IMG/VR virus record: IMGVR_UViG_3300021399_000159
Span: 2,753 to 66,752 of that record
DNA length: 64,000 nt
Direction: 5' to 3' (one strand)
Origin: a virus
Lineage: Duplodnaviria > Caudoviricetes
The notes under the pieces: generated by a model
Database searches by the model: none
Told to the model about the DNA's origin: nothing
Seen by the model: only the letters and a program-made list of their open reading frames with translations
Translations under genes and position numbers: made by a program
Shown here: positions 53,495 to 64,000 of the stretch, piece by piece
Numbering within the stretch: the first letter of the stretch is position 1
Layout: each line of letters starts with the position of its first letter

Positions 53495-54040
53495 ATGGCA
53501 ACTGCAAATAATACCATAAAGACGAGAATTCAGTTGAAAAGTGATACTGAAGCTAACTGGAGTAAAGCGGGCCCTAAGGATGGGTCTAATGGCTTCGTGC
53601 CACTTTTGGGTGAGTTGATCGTCTATACTGCGGACGCAACTCACCCCTTTTCTCGTTTAAAGGTAGGAGATGGTAGTACTAATGTGGTTAATTTACCATT
53701 TATAGACTCAGGAACTATAAATGGTGAAGAGGTTGAAATTGCTAAATATGCATAGAAAATAGATTTTCCCTCTCCTGGCTCTCCAGATAAGCTATATATA
53801 GATTTAGAAACTAGCAAAATATATCATTATGAAACAGGTAATGGTTATTCCTAGCTCTCTAACTTTACATATACACCAGTAAAAACTACTATTAAAAATA
53901 TTACATATTGGGGTCCTGGGCGAGCAACAACGTTAGAAGTTAAACAAAGCGTTCTAGAAGTAGTTAATGGCTTAGTACCATAGTTATTAACAAGTAATCT
54001 AGATGTTATAACAGATATATAGAAGGAGGGAGTTGAATGA
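53495..54040 (+). CDS. Tail fibre protein with Mtd-N-type repeat (181 aa)
   Basis: IQLKSDTEANW...GEL...KVGDG; open across 4 TAGs to TGA 54040. Confidence 0.75.
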
Positions 54041-55650
54041 GTGGATATATTGGTAAGGTAAAAATAGGAAGCGACTTAGCCTTAATAGGCTCAACTCTTT
54101 ATGGTATTTGTAATAGTGCCGCTGATGCCGCGGTAAAAACTGTAACCACTGTTGATAATAATAGTGGAAAATTTATAAATAATAATTTTGACGAGCCAAT
54201 ACAAGGTACTACTATCCATGTTAAATTTGTAAATGGTAATACTGTAGAAAGTGGACTATCATTGGCTGTAGGAAGCGTTATTGCTAAAGATATTGTTGGC
54301 GCATGTAAATGTAGCGCTGGCGCGATTATTAGTTTCACTTTGGATGAAAATGAGCACTGGGTAGTAAATGATAGTACTGAGTTTGTATTTAAAACTCCAT
54401 ATAATCCAACAACAAATAGAATACTAACTGAAAGCGATATCGGCCCGGCCGCGCTAAAGGACGTAGATACAGCTATTACATTAAATAGTAATAGTTAGAA
54501 TTTACCAACAACTGCTGCGGTAGCTACGTTTGTTTAGGAGCAAACAGGTGGCTTATCTGGATTAACTGGAGCAATGCACTTCCGCGGAGAAGTTGCTAGT
54601 GAGCCTACAAATGACGCAGCTAGTTTTGCTGATTATATTAGCGGCGATGTCGTATTATACGGTGCGAAAGAATATGTTTATGTTAAAGGTAACACAGCCG
54701 CAGATTCTCAATGGATTGAGTTAGGTGACGAAGGGTCTTGGGCCTTAGATAACGCTGTAATTCACAATAGCTTATTAACCGCTAAAGGCGATATGATTTT
54801 TGGCGCTGAAAGCGGTTCAAATATAATTCCTGCACGATTACCAATAGGTACAGGAAATAATAAGTTTCTAACTGTTAGCGGCGGAATTCCTGCTTGGGGA
54901 GCTATCAGTAAATCCGACGTTGACTTGGATAATGTTACAAATGAGGCGCAAATTCCTAAATCAGTAGGTACTGCCGCTGGTGATATTATCTATTATAATG
55001 GTAGTACATTTGTTAAACTAGGTATTGGTACATCAGGACAGGTTCTAAAAGTTAATGGTACTGGTAATGCGCCATACTGGACCGCTGATGATAATAGTGA
55101 TACTAAAGTTGCTTAGACAGGCATTACAACCGCAGGCGAGTACTCCATTCTATTAAAGAATACTACTAGTGTTGATGATGAAACTAATGGAGTTAATTTT
55201 GGTAAAACAACTGGAAAATTGGTAACTATTAATCCTTCTACTGGTATCATTACCGCCGCAGGATTCAGTGGTGATGGTAGTAGTTTAACAAATGTAGTAG
55301 CAAGTTCAGTAGAATGGGCAAACGTTACTAATAAAGTTACGGCTGCATTAAATACATTAGGTATTGTTAAAACAACTTCTACTGTATCAGATGCAACAGA
55401 TTATACCGCATCTCCAATTATAGACGGAGTAGTTTATTATTAGGACACTGATACTCATTATAAATCCACTGGTTCTGCTAATGCAGTAACTAGTATTAAT
55501 TTAACATATACAACAACCACTGCATAGAGTGATACAATTTCTGCCACCGCAACAGCAATAGGTATGGTAGACCATGGAATTTTATATATTAAATCTATTT
55601 CTTAGAGTACTACTGCAGTAAGCACTGGAGTAAGCATTGATAATACATAA
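54037..55650 (+). CDS. Tail fibre protein (537 aa; TAG=Gln)
   Basis: Three tracked ORFs in frame; shares TINPSTG.IT segment with the 19846 gene. Confidence 0.75.
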
Positions 55651-55666
55651 TAGGCAGGTGAATTAA

Positions 55667-56092
55667 ATGAGTTATATTGATAGAATAAATACAGGTGAAG
55701 GAACTCATTTAATTGAGCCTACTCTATTTGCAGTAACTAGCGGAACTGCATCAGCATTAACCGCAACTATTACTAATTTTGAATTAGTAGCCGGCGTTAC
55801 TATTACCTTATAGATGCACACTAATAATAGTGACGCCGCATCTTTATCTATTAACAATAGTGAATCAAAGCCAATATATTATCGTGGCGCAGCGGTTACT
55901 GCAAATATTTTAAAACAGAATAACATATATAACTTGGTTTATGATGGCAGTACATGGCATATAATTGGGGAAAAATTAGCTAATAATGAAATGGTATTGC
56001 CACATAAATTAACTTTTGGAGCCGGTGGCGTATATGAATATGATGGCTCTGCAGACGTTACAGTTCCAGTTTATACCGGTGGAATAATTTAA
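55667..56092 (+). CDS. Tail-associated protein (141 aa; 1 TAG=Gln)
   Basis: AGGTG RBS; joins tracked ORF 55814. Confidence 0.7.
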
Positions 56093-56106
56093 TAAGAGGT
56101 GAGATT

Positions 56107-57744
56107 ATGCCAAATAATGTATGGGAAAGAGATACTGAACTTGATAGTGAAGGTAGATTTAAATTTACTTACACCGCAGATCAAGCAAATTCACCTACTA
56201 ATTGGATGATATTATAGACACAAAATAAATTTGTAGATAAGAATATTTTTGTTCAAGCAATTGTACCACAAGGACAGCTTTCCAGCGGAAATACAACCAT
56301 TTCGGCAAATACTAATGTTAATTCTTTATTAACAGAAGTAAGTGATACTCCATCTAGTGGGCCATATATGACAGTAACTAGTTCTGGTAGTGTTACGGTT
56401 ACTACTGCAGGTTGGATTTCTAGTGGAGCATCTTCTGCTTCAACAACAAAAATTTATAAAATTACTGCAGGAGCATATTCTGCAGATACTGATACTACAG
56501 CCCAAATTAATGGTGCTGTCACTCCATCAATTGGTTTAAATAATAATGCAAATAATTATGGATTTACGCAAACAAAACCATCTGGCACTAATGGAACAAA
56601 TTATTTAACTATTGATCCCGGTGCTTCAGTAGATTAGAATTGGAGCGTTACTCCCAAAGCAATCATTACTACGGCAGGTTATCTAGCAACTGGTAATAAA
56701 AATGGTACTGCTGTATCCGGCGCACCAACCATAAATAATGGTGCAAATTATTATATTCCAATAGTTACCCCTACAGTTGGCGGCGGCGAATTATCTCCTA
56801 CTAATTTTACTAAAAATGATTTAACAGTTACTTTAGCTGCTGGCACTACTGCGGCTAACCGAAACATGAGTAACTACTAGGTTGGAGCAAAGAATACCAC
56901 AACATACCCATACTTTTTTGAAATTGTCGGATCTACTCCAGCAGTTGAAGGAACTACTAAAGTTACTCGTGCGGCTATTACTTTAACTAATGATGCTGGT
57001 GCTATAATTGAGCATGCAAGTACTACAGAAATAGCAGGGACTTCCTCTTCTCCAACTGTTAATGTTAATGCAGCCAGTGGGAGTACATATTTTAGTTTAA
57101 AGGCTGCGGCCGCTACAGTTACTACTACAACAGCTGCACCAACAATTAAAAAAGTAACTAAAGCTGTTAGTGGAAAAACATAGATTTTAAACACAGTAGA
57201 TTTAGCTACTGCTACGACTAATATTAGTACATATTATATCGCAGTATAGGGATTCTCTGGAGCAGTAACAAATACTAAATCTTCAACTTTTACTGCTGGT
57301 TATTTTGCTGGTACTGGTCAGATTACAACAAGCAATATTGCTGCTGAAAATAAAAATGCTATTTATTATTTACCAGTTCCGTCAGCTACATTTACTAAGT
57401 CAGGCGCGACTGTTACTTGCTCATAGGGAGGATATGTTCCTGCCGGAGCACTGCCATAGAATGGTACAATTAGTAATGGTACTATATAGGCTGTAACTGC
57501 CGATCCAGGTACTGGATATACTGAAATTAAAAATAATGTAAGCATTTCTTCTGGTGGTTGGCTACAAATTGGTGCAGGATATTATGCTAATTCGAAAATT
57601 AGCTTAGCTACATTAATTGCAGACAATGCTACTGCAGGATTAGCCGCAGGATATATTTTGAATGGCTATAAAGCATATGATAATACTGGCGCACTAATTA
57701 CAGGTAGTATTTTAACATATGAAGGTGCTTTTAGCGTTGAATAA
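56107..57744 (+). CDS. Thr/Ser/Gly-rich beta-structured tail protein (545 aa; TAG=Gln)
   Basis: Frame read manually open from ATG 56107 to TAA 57744. Confidence 0.75.
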
Positions 57745-57758
57745 TAGGCGGTGATATT

Positions 57759-58007
57759 GTGGAAGGTACACTAACTGATAATACTGGCACTTTAGATTTA
57801 TATAAACAGAATAATATTATTACATTATTAACTAATCAAAGACGATATGTTAATAGTGATATAGTTTTAACTACAAAAGTACATAAAGCAGTATTAACAA
57901 CTAATACTGCTTCAAATACTTTTGATATACAAATTCCAAATGGAAATTCAACCGATGTCACACTTACTTTTACAGTAGACAATAACGGGAATGTGCTAGT
58001 CACTTAA
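57759..58007 (+). CDS. Hypothetical tail protein
   Basis: ORF track; GTG start. Confidence 0.65.
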   Translation: MEGTLTDNTGTLDLYKQNNIITLLTNQRRYVNSDIVLTTKVHKAVLTTNTASNTFDIQIPNGNSTDVTLTFTVDNNGNVLVT

Positions 58008-58011
58008 TTAT

Positions 58012-58041
58012 TTGACAAAATATTAGCGCATATGATATAAT
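58012..58041 (+). promoter_or_regulatory. Internal sigmaA-type promoter in tail region
   Basis: TTGACA-18-TATAAT with TG extension. Confidence 0.7.
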
Positions 58042-58060
58042 ACAAATAGGTGGTGATAAT

Positions 58061-58912
58061 ATGGCACATTCCGGAAAATCAATAACATTCGCGATGGATA
58101 TATTTCCTAACGAAGATGGAATATATAAATTAGGTGATACAAATAAAAAATGGTTAATTTATGGTACGATGACTGGTAATGCTGATACCGCCACAACACT
58201 TGCTACTGCTAGAAATATTTGGGGTCAATCTTTTAATGGTTCAGCAGATATTACTGGAAATATAATTAATGCTGGAGATCAATTTAAACTTATATAGAAT
58301 AAAACCGAAGTACAATTTTTAACGTCTACTGGAGGCGCAGCGAATGGTAAATTTGGTAAATTAGGTTTAAATTCATCATATGCTGGTATTGATTTTACTA
58401 ATTATACTCTAGATGTTAATGGTAAAACACGGCTCGCCGGGCAGGTATTTATTAATTATACAACTGCCGCGAATGCAAATACCAAGAGCGGATAGCTATT
58501 AGTTACCAGTGGAACTGGTTCAAATGATGTGGCTATTGAATTATTTAGAAATTCTTCTGCGTCATGGCAAATTATTAATAATAGTGGAACATTAAGATTT
58601 AGAAATAATTATGTTTCATCTGCCGCTTCAACATATAATAAAGAAGCATTATCAATTGCTTATAATACTGGTAATGCTACTTTTGCTGGTACTGTAACAT
58701 CTACTGGTTTTGTCGGTCCATTAACAGGTACTGCAAGCGGTAATGTGGCAAATACCGGCGCGACTGGTGACTTATTATATTGGTCTAATACCAATACTCC
58801 TTCACGTTTAATTATTGGAACCGAAGGGAAAGTATTAAAATCTAATGGAACTGCCCCTGAATGGGCAAATGAATATAATGTTACAATAATAGATTTAACC
58901 TCTATTACATAA
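58061..58912 (+). CDS. Tail fibre protein (283 aa; 2 TAG=Gln)
   Basis: GNADTATTLATARNI.GQSFNGSADIT fibre repeat; joins tracked ORF 58529. Confidence 0.75.
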
Positions 58913-58922
58913 GGAGGATTAT

Positions 58923-60920
58923 ATGGCAATTTATTATAAAGGAAATAAAGTTTCTCCAGTAAGAAATACAGTTATAGAAAAAGTTGTTACCTATGAAGCT
59001 GGTTCAACTGAACCAACTATTTCATATAATTTTCCTACTGAAGGTACTGAAGCATTTGAAGATCCAGATAATTTAACTTCAGATGGCCCAGAAATTACAG
59101 AATGGTCTAGACCTAGTGGATGGCCTAATTTAGATAATCTTCCAGTATTAGATGAAGGAGTATATCTTACTTATGATAACACTTCCGCCGCAGATTGTAA
59201 ATATGCTTGTTTTTATTGTGATGTTCAAAGTAGCGGACAGATTACAATTGCACGCGGTCATATAGATGGAAATAATTTTGTTCAAGAAACAACTGAAAAT
59301 GTAAATACCGCTACTTATAAAGAAATAGATTATAGTGGGTCTAATTCTAATTATGTAATTTTTAAAATTACGCCAACAACCGCAACAAAACATATGACTT
59401 CTATGTATTTTGGTAGAATTACTACAGCAACAACAGGAACGGTAGTAAATCGTCCATAGTATGATTAGTATTGTTTAGAAAGAAAAGGATGGCTACCATA
59501 TTTATCAAGTACTGCTGGTTCCGGTGATAATTTAAGATATTGTACAGAATGGATGTAGCATGATAATGTTCAATGGGGAAACTCTGTTACAAATCTAGCT
59601 GCAGCTTGGTATCGCGGCAGAAGTCTTAAAAAGATAGAATTTGGTAATTGGACCGGTGAAAATTGCAATATTACTAGTCTAGACAGTACCTTTAGCACTT
59701 GCAATAATATAGAAAAAATTGATTTAACATCATGGAAAACAGAAAATTGGCATGTTATAAGTATTAATAATATGTTTAACAATTGCTATAATATGCAAAT
59801 ATGTATTGTTCCATTTACAACGACAAATTGGGGTAACGGCACTGGAAAAACATTTACAATGGCTGATACTTGGTATAACTGTTTTTCTCTTAATTCTTTA
59901 GATTTAAGTTCCTGGGACATGAGTAATTTAAATGTTACTGCTATCCATGAATGTTGGTTTTGTTGTATACATTTAAAATCATTAAATGTAAAAAATTGGG
60001 ATACAACTAAATGGACTATCACAGGAACATATGGATTATATAGAGTGTGGGGACAATGTCGCACTCTTGTAGATATAGATTTATCTAATTGGAATACAAC
60101 GAATTGGCAGCCAGTAAGAGCAGATTAGATATTCTATTATAATCATAAACGTAGACATTTTAATGATATTAAAAATTGGAACACTACAAATTGGAAAATC
60201 GTTCAATTTGCTGATGCATTTAATGGATGCCATAAAATACAAGAATTAGATTTAAGAAATTGGAATACAACTAACTGGAAAGTAAATTCTCTTTCTGCGA
60301 CATTTGGATAGTGCTATAATTTATAGCACGTGCGCATTGGCACATGGAATACTTCTGGATGGAATGTAACTAATATAAATTATACATTCTATTATGATTA
60401 TAATTTAGAAGATATTGATATATGGAATTGGGATGTACATAACTGGCCTGTTACAAACGGGCTATATCAAACTTTTTATCAATGTTACAGATTAAAGGCC
60501 ATTGATTTTTCCAAATGGGTAACAACTAATTGGGATTTTGGCGCGGATGGTAAATGTGACTTACGTTATTTTGCTGGATATTGTTATAGTGTAGAAAAAA
60601 TTGATTTATCACCATTTAATATAAATGCTGTTAATAGTTTAACTTATTATTCTCAAAGTGCAGCAGGAAGTAGAAGCTATTCACCATTTTATCTATGTTA
60701 TAATTTAAAAGAACTAATTCTTCCTTAGCATTATAAAGGACATATAGATTTATCCGAAGCTTTTAAACTTTCACATGATAAAATTTTAGCAGTATTTAAT
60801 GCATTAGAAACTCCAATAGCAAATACGGCAAAAGTTTGGATTATATCTACGAAATATAAATTAACAACCGCTGATATAGCAATTGCAACAAACAAAGGTT
60901 ATACAGTAGTTCAAAGTTAA
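58923..60920 (+). CDS. BspA/DUF285-type leucine-rich repeat protein (665 aa; TAG=Gln)
   Basis: About 10 repeats of LDLS.W.T.NW.V.....F..C..L across TAGs. Confidence 0.8.
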
Positions 60921-60931
60921 GGAGGGAGAAA

Positions 60932-61102
60932 ATGAAAATTATTCAAGATTTAATGACTATATTAGAAGCTGATGAGGGCCATTATATCACAGATGGATAG
61001 GGTAATTATGGTCATATAATTTATCTAGGTAAATATGATTCTCCTTCTAATTGGTATGAAGTAAGTGAAGAGGAGGTGCCAGAAGATGAGCGTGTTAAAT
61101 GA
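60932..61102 (+). CDS. Small tail-associated protein (56 aa; 1 TAG=Gln)
   Basis: GGAGGG RBS; LEADEG..ITDG...YLG..DS..NW.E pattern. Confidence 0.65.
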
Positions 61103-63320
61103 TATTGTTTATTTACGACAAGATTAGTATGATGTATTAGCCGCGGATGGCACTGTAGGCTCACTTACTGGACTGCAAGATGATAAAATATATTTTGTAA
61201 CTGATAGCACTATTACAGCTAATGACTTAGATTAGGATCTGGTTATTCCAGTATCACATGGTGGGACTGGAAAAACTTCATTTACCGCGGGTTCAGTTTT
61301 AATTGGAAATGGTTCTTCTCCATTAACAGAATTATCTGCAACTAACATTAATACTGCAAATACAATAGTTAAACGTGATGCAGATGGAGATTTTAATGCT
61401 GGAAAGGCAACTTTGACTAGTGCCACTATTGCAAGTATTAATATAACTACTAAAAAATTAGAACCAGTTAATTAGATTAATTCCGATAGTGGTAATATGA
61501 TTTTAGCATATAAGCCATCTTCTGGAACAGGAGTTACTAGTAGTCAATGGTGTGTTGGGACTATAGACATTTAGGGTGTAATTCGTAGTAATAATACAGA
61601 TTTAATTCATACACGAGCAGGAACAAATTCTATAATATTAGATACTGGTAATTGGATTAGTAATATAAAATATTTACCTTTATACGAAACACGTAGTACC
61701 ACAACTACTTTGAATAAAACGGCAAATTATGTAACTTCTGGTGCAGTGTTCCATCTCATTGCTTCCTCTTCTACTTCTACTACTGACAATGGAAAGCCCC
61801 CAATGGGTGATGCCAACATTCTTTAGATGAATTGGGATAATAGTGGTGGTTATGACGCATAGTTAGCTATTTCTACCGCAGAAAATCGTATGGAATTTAG
61901 AGATTAGCCCTCAACTAAGAAAGCATGGCGTGAAGTGGTCACTTCTACTCCTGGAACTGCTGCTGGTGGTACTACACAACCTGTATATATAGATACAAAT
62001 GGAGTAGCCACCGCTCTTTCTTATACAATTGAGAAATCCGTACCTTCAAATGCAGTATTTACAGACCATTATGCTTGGGGAGATATTACAGGAAAACCAA
62101 CTAAAATTACTTTAACTGGAGCTGTTACTGGTAATGTAAGCTTAGGATCTGGAGATTTAAGTTTATCAACAACAGTAAATCATAATCATGATGATCTTTA
62201 TAAAATTGCATCCGGTGTAATTACATTAGGTTCTAATACAATTACTCCAATTACAAGTATTGCTGAATTAACTGGTAGTACTATTACTGCAGCAAATCTT
62301 CGCACAAACTTAGGATTATCTGCAGCATTGCGTTTTATTGGTAAGGCAACTACCGATATGAGTGAAAGTACTACTATTGCACCAACTGTAACAGGAGTAA
62401 CTAATTATATTCCAGAAGTTGGAGACGTCGTATTAGATAAAAATAGTGATGCTGAATATGTATGCATTGCTAAAAGTGGTTCAACATATACTTGGGAGTT
62501 ATTAGGACAGAGTGGTTCATGGGCAACAAACACTCACACACATGGTAATATTAGTAACAGTGGAACTATTGGTCAAACTTCGAATTGGACATTAGCTAAT
62601 GGCGACGGCCTTGTGGTATTTGATTCTAGTAATTCTAATAAATTAGAGCGTACTGGAATTACTTTTGACGGAAGCACTAAAACTAAAGCTTTAACTCCTG
62701 CGGGAACATGGGAAACTTTTTTAACTTCTCATCAAACATATACCGCAGTATCAAATAAAAAGCCTACTGCTAACCAAACTCCTGGATTTGGCGCTACTTT
62801 TGATATAGAATAGGTTAGTCAAGATGCGAGTGGACAAGTTAGCGTAACAGAAAGAACTGTTACAATTCCTGCTACTATTGCTACAAATGCAGTGGTAGGC
62901 TTAGTAAAACCTTGGTACTCACATTCTGTAGCTAGCACTGGCCCTACTACTGGCTCTAATGCAACTGCGATTACTGTTAATGCGATTCAAACTACTGCAA
63001 ATCGTTATTATGCAATAGAATCTGACAGTAATGGTAGATTATTTGTTAATGTACCTTGGACTAACGTTAATAGTAGTTACTTAACTGCGCATAATAATTT
63101 AGTTAAGCAAACCTTAAAATCAGATAATACAAAATATAATCTTCTTGCCAGCGCTCAGGCTGCTCCCACAAGTGGAACCGCATATGAAGCAATTTACAAT
63201 ACTGACGTATTTATAAATCCTTCCCTTAGCGCAGTCGGCGCGAAAGCATATATGGTAAACGAAAAAGTAACTCTTCAATGGAACTCTACCGATAGTTCTC
63301 TTGATTTCGTATTTGCATAA
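61086..63320 (+). CDS. Tail fibre protein (744 aa; TAG=Gln)
   Basis: GAGGAGG RBS; VSHGGTG repeat; open to TAA 63320. Confidence 0.75.
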
Positions 63321-63337
63321 AAGGACGGTGGTATGTA

Positions 63338-63586
63338 ATGTATAAACTCGTGCTTGCTGATGGTACAGAACTTAATAATATTCACCGTCTTAATCCTAGT
63401 ACATTTGAGATTGAAAGCAATAATTCTCAAATGTACTGGATACTTTCATAGGATAATTTGGCCTTTGCTACTCTTTATAAAGATGAAGAGTTAGAGGATG
63501 CATTTATAGATTGCGCGCGTACTTCATATTCTATGCAGAATGGTATAATTCATTTTAGAATTACACCATTGAGTGAGGTGAAGTAA
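63338..63586 (+). CDS. Hypothetical protein (82 aa; 1 TAG=Gln)
   Basis: Fills gap; TAA abuts next ATG. Confidence 0.65.
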
Positions 63587-64000
63587 ATGGCGCTTCGTGT
63601 TTGGCTACCATTATTAGGAAATGTTAATTAGTAGGGAGCATCAGAAGTCATTGCTACTGTATCTGGAGCCTCAGTAAATACTGCTGGGAAAATCGGTTCT
63701 TGTTATTCTTTTGATGGCTCGGACGATTTTATTTCTTTATCTGGTACTACTTTATATAATATATTTAAAGGTGGTTCATAGCAATTTTCAATATGTTTTT
63801 GGGTATATCATAATGATGCTACTCGCGCGATTATATTTGGTGACTATGGTTTAAGTGGGACAATTGGATTTAATGTAGAATTAACTGCTTCGCATGGGGT
63901 AAGATTTTATTGGAATGGTAGTCCAGATAAAAATTTTAATTCTACCTCTTATGTTACAGCATAGGGCTGGACTCATATCGTAATTACTTATAATGGTTCA
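63587..64000 (+). CDS. LamG/concanavalin-A-like lectin domain protein, truncated at window edge
   Basis: GKIGSCYSFDG.DD.I...FSICFWV...WTHIVITY; reads through consecutive TAG TAG. Confidence 0.75.

Noticed and set aside
64-62000. Most minus-strand and alternative-frame ORFs in the track (e.g. 1457-1909, 2406-3047, 5651-6394, 20328-20708, 43826-44251)
   Set aside because: They overlap RBS-supported plus-strand genes, lack RBSs and look like antisense shadows of biased codon usage.
26832-64000. Mass pseudogenisation or sequencing errors in structural genes
   Set aside because: All breaks are in-frame TAG only, with no frameshifts seen, and domains continue across them; recoding explains this better.
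1-64000. TGA recoding
   Set aside because: TGA consistently ends genes, often in ATGA overlaps with the next start.

Overview
A 64-kb segment of a large tailed bacteriophage genome. Strong GGAGG RBSs, sigmaA-type promoters and SpoIID/CotH-like genes suggest a Bacillota (probably Clostridia) host. The supplied ORF track is misleading because the phage appears to read TAG as Gln (code 15). ORF fragments join in frame across TAG into coherent genes, including a ~3,097-aa giant protein, a ~1,628-aa tail fibre, two NlpC/P60-SH3 lysins, a holin and a SpoIID. Layout: (i) 0-14.7 kb is an early region of about 20 self-contained cassettes. Each has a GCCGGC box, often a GTTAG-N6-CTAAC palindrome, one of two operator-like motifs, a consensus promoter and 1-4 small ORFs. 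It includes 4-5 winged-helix paralogs, a mini kinase-like protein, a DEDDh nuclease, a HAD phosphatase and several structured non-coding RNAs, among them a ~250-nt multi-stem RNA and a 114-nt tRNA-like RNA with alanine identity elements. (ii) 14.7-19.8 kb holds an origin-like repeat region, an HTH gene and an SF2 helicase. (iii) 19.8-26.7 kb holds an accessory fibre/lysin operon, small genes, SpoIID and a deaminase. (iv) 26.8-64 kb holds TAG-rich late genes: the giant CotH/LRR protein, lysis cassette, ferritin-like/spore-coat-like module and a long run of mosaic tail-fibre/adhesin genes. No capsid, terminase, polymerase, integrase, reverse transcriptase, CRISPR array or suppressor tRNA was seen in this window. 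All product calls come from motifs recognised by eye, not database searches. Coordinates of TAG-joined genes were derived by manual frame reading.
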